From Macrostomum lignano (Eukaryota), in the NCBI GenBank assembly GCA_002269645.1, contig NIVC01001967.1:153418-217417 (forward strand): a stretch of 64,000 bases of DNA, in the 5' to 3' direction. Positions 62,001-64,000 of this stretch are shown here, piece after piece (the first letter of the stretch is position 1; every line of letters begins with the position of its first letter). The translations under genes were made by a program, and so were the position numbers. The notes below the pieces were generated by a model. That model had not been told where the DNA came from. It made no database searches and saw nothing but the letters and a program-made list of their open reading frames with translations.

Positions 62001-63890
62001 GTTTGACATGGTGGCTCTTTTATGCTTGATATGGTGGCTCTTTAATGTTTAGCATGGTGACTTTTAATGTTTGACATGGTGGCTCTTTTATGTTTGACAT
62101 GGTGGCTCTTTAATGTTCGCCATGGTGGCTCTTTAATGTTCGCCATGGTGGCTCTTTAGTGTTTGACATGGTGGCTCTTTAATGTTCGACATGGTGGCTC
62201 TTTAATGTTTGACATAGTGGCACTTTTATGTTTGACATGGTGGCTTTTTAATGTTCGCCATGTGGCTCTTTAAAGTTTGACATGGCGGCACTTTATGTTT
62301 TTGTTGACATGGAGTCACGTATACGTTTGACATAGTGTCTCTTCAATGTTTGACATGGTGGCTATTTTGTGTTCGACATGATAGCTCTTTAATGTTTGAC
62401 ATGGTAGCTCTTTACATGTTCGACATGGTAGCTTTTTAATGTTTGACATGTTGGCTCTTTTATGTTTTGACATGATGGCTCTTTTAGGTTTGACATGGTT
62501 GCCTCTTTTATGCTTGATATGGTGGCTCTTTAATGTTTAGCATGGTGACTTTTAATGTTTGACATGGTGGCTCTTTAATGTTCGCCATGGTGCTCTTTAA
62601 TGTTCGCCATGGTGGCTCTTTAATGTTTGACATGGTGGTCTTTAATGTTTGACATGGTAGCTCTTTAATGTTCGACATTGGTAGCTTTTAATGTTTGACA
62701 TGGTGGCTCTTTATGTTCGACATGGTAGCTTTTTAATGTTTGACATGGTGGCTCTTTTATGTTTGACATGGTGGCTCTTTACTGTGTGAAATAGTGGCTC
62801 TTTAATGTTCTACACGCGTAACTTTTTATGTTTGATACGGTGGCTTTTTAATGTCTGACATGGTGGCTCTTTAATGTTTAACCTGGCTGGCTCTTTTATT
62901 GTTTGACACGGCGGCTCTCTAGTGTTTGACAAAGTGGCTATTTAATGTTCGAAATGGTGGCTCTTTTAAAGTTTGACATAAAGTCACATATATGTTTGAG
63001 ATGGTGGCTCTTAAATGTTTGACATGGTGGCTCTTAAATGTTTGACATGGTGGCTCTTTAATGTTCTTCATGGTGGCTCTTTAATATTCTACATGGTGGC
63101 TCTTTTATGTTTGACATGGTGGCTTTTTAATGTTTGACATGGTGGCTCTTTTATGTTCGACATGGTGGCTCTTTACTGTTTGAAATGGTGGCTCTTTAAT
63201 GTTCTACATGGTAACTCTTTTATTTTTGATACGGTGGCTTTTTAATGTCTGACATGTGCGCTCTTTTATGTTTGACATTGTGGCTCTTTAATGTTCTTCA
63301 TGGTGGCTCTTTAATGTTCTTCATGGTGGCTCTTTAATATTCTACATGTTGGCTCTTTATGTTTTGACATGGTGGCTGTTTTTTGTTCTACATGGTAACT
63401 CTTTTATGTTTGATACGGTGGCCTTTTTAATGTCTGACATGGTGGCTCTTCTATGTTTAACATGGTGGCTCTTCTATGTTTGACACGGGTGGCCTCTTTA
63501 ATTTTCGACAAAGTGCTATTTGATGTTCGAAATGGTGGCTCTTTAAAGTTTGACATAAAGTCACATATATGTTTGACATGGTGGCTCTTAAATGTTTGAC
63601 ATGGTGGCTCTTAAATGTTTGACATGGGGGCTCTTTAATGTTTGACATGGTGGCTCTTAAATGTTTGACATGGTGGCTCTTAAATGTTAGACGTGGGTGG
63701 CTTGTTTAGGTTTGACATAGTGGCTCTTCTATGTTTGAAATGGTGGCTTTTTAATCGTTGACATGGAGTCACGTATATGTTTGACATAGTGCTTATTTTT
63801 ATGTTTTACATGGTAACTCTTTTATATTCGAAATGTTGGCTCTATAATGTTCGACATGGTGGCTCTTCGTTGTTTGACATTGCGCTTCTA
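59040..63890. repeat. 23-bp minisatellite GACATGGTGGCTCTTTAATGTTT (H9)
   Basis: Tandem array that copies parts of the H7 and H8 arrays. Confidence 0.95.
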
Positions 63891-64000
63891 TTATGTTTAG
63901 CAGTTTTGTTGTGTTTTTAAGTGTTTTGATAAAAAAAATCTTTTTGCACTACTAAGATTCGAACCAGGTCGCTACATTAGCATTCCAGTCTGTTCGCATC

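Larger units (their letters stand above)
56716..64000 (-). mobile_element. non-autonomous Helitron H9, H7/H8 mosaic, 5' end outside window
   Basis: CTAG at 56716-56719 with hairpin. 18-bp arrays at 56860-57790 and 58545-58940, 23-bp arrays at 57880-58478 and 59040-63890. The tRNA-like cassette begins at 63953. Confidence 0.8.

Noticed and set aside
46630-63890. 23-bp repeats as a CRISPR array
   Set aside because: The units are directly tandem with no unique spacers, there are no cas genes, and the context is eukaryotic.
19602-64000. tRNA-like cassettes as functional tRNA-Ser genes
   Set aside because: There is no pairing acceptor stem, the Ser long variable arm is absent, and several anticodon stems have mismatches.
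18702-64000. Autonomous Helitron (RepHel) coding sequence
   Set aside because: No ORF has HUH Rep or PIF1 helicase motifs. The core ORFs of 60-130 aa are short and inconsistent between copies.

Overview
Eukaryotic, invertebrate-type genomic DNA. The gene style is compatible with a flatworm-like bilaterian, but the species cannot be determined from this window. The first ~18.7 kb holds a decayed mariner (DD34D), a two-exon mitochondrial medium-chain acyl-CoA dehydrogenase (ACADM), an internally deleted RTE-type LINE, a two-exon NPY/NPF-receptor-like GPCR, several MITE-like fold-back elements and a possible small spliced membrane-protein gene. About 40 kb (18702-40151 and 45494-64000) consists of nine non-autonomous Helitron-type elements, labelled H1-H9 here, with 5'-TC starts and a CCCC-N4-GGGG hairpin before a CTAG-3' end. 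They are joined in exact head-to-tail CTAG|TC trains, and one three-element train is nested at an A^T site inside another element's minisatellite. Each element carries a tRNA-derived Pol III A/B-box cassette upstream of interchangeable minisatellite arrays (16, 18, 23, 23, 24 and 30 bp units). The long repetitive ORFs in the ORF track are by-products of these arrays. Between the two trains lie a decayed Mag-like Ty3/Gypsy LTR element (40309-44092) and a probable second LTR. No RepHel, CRISPR, rRNA or intact tRNA gene was found. The most notable signal is the modular Helitron + tRNA-like cassette + minisatellite system with apparent end-to-end self-targeting. All boundaries were read by eye and array limits are approximate.
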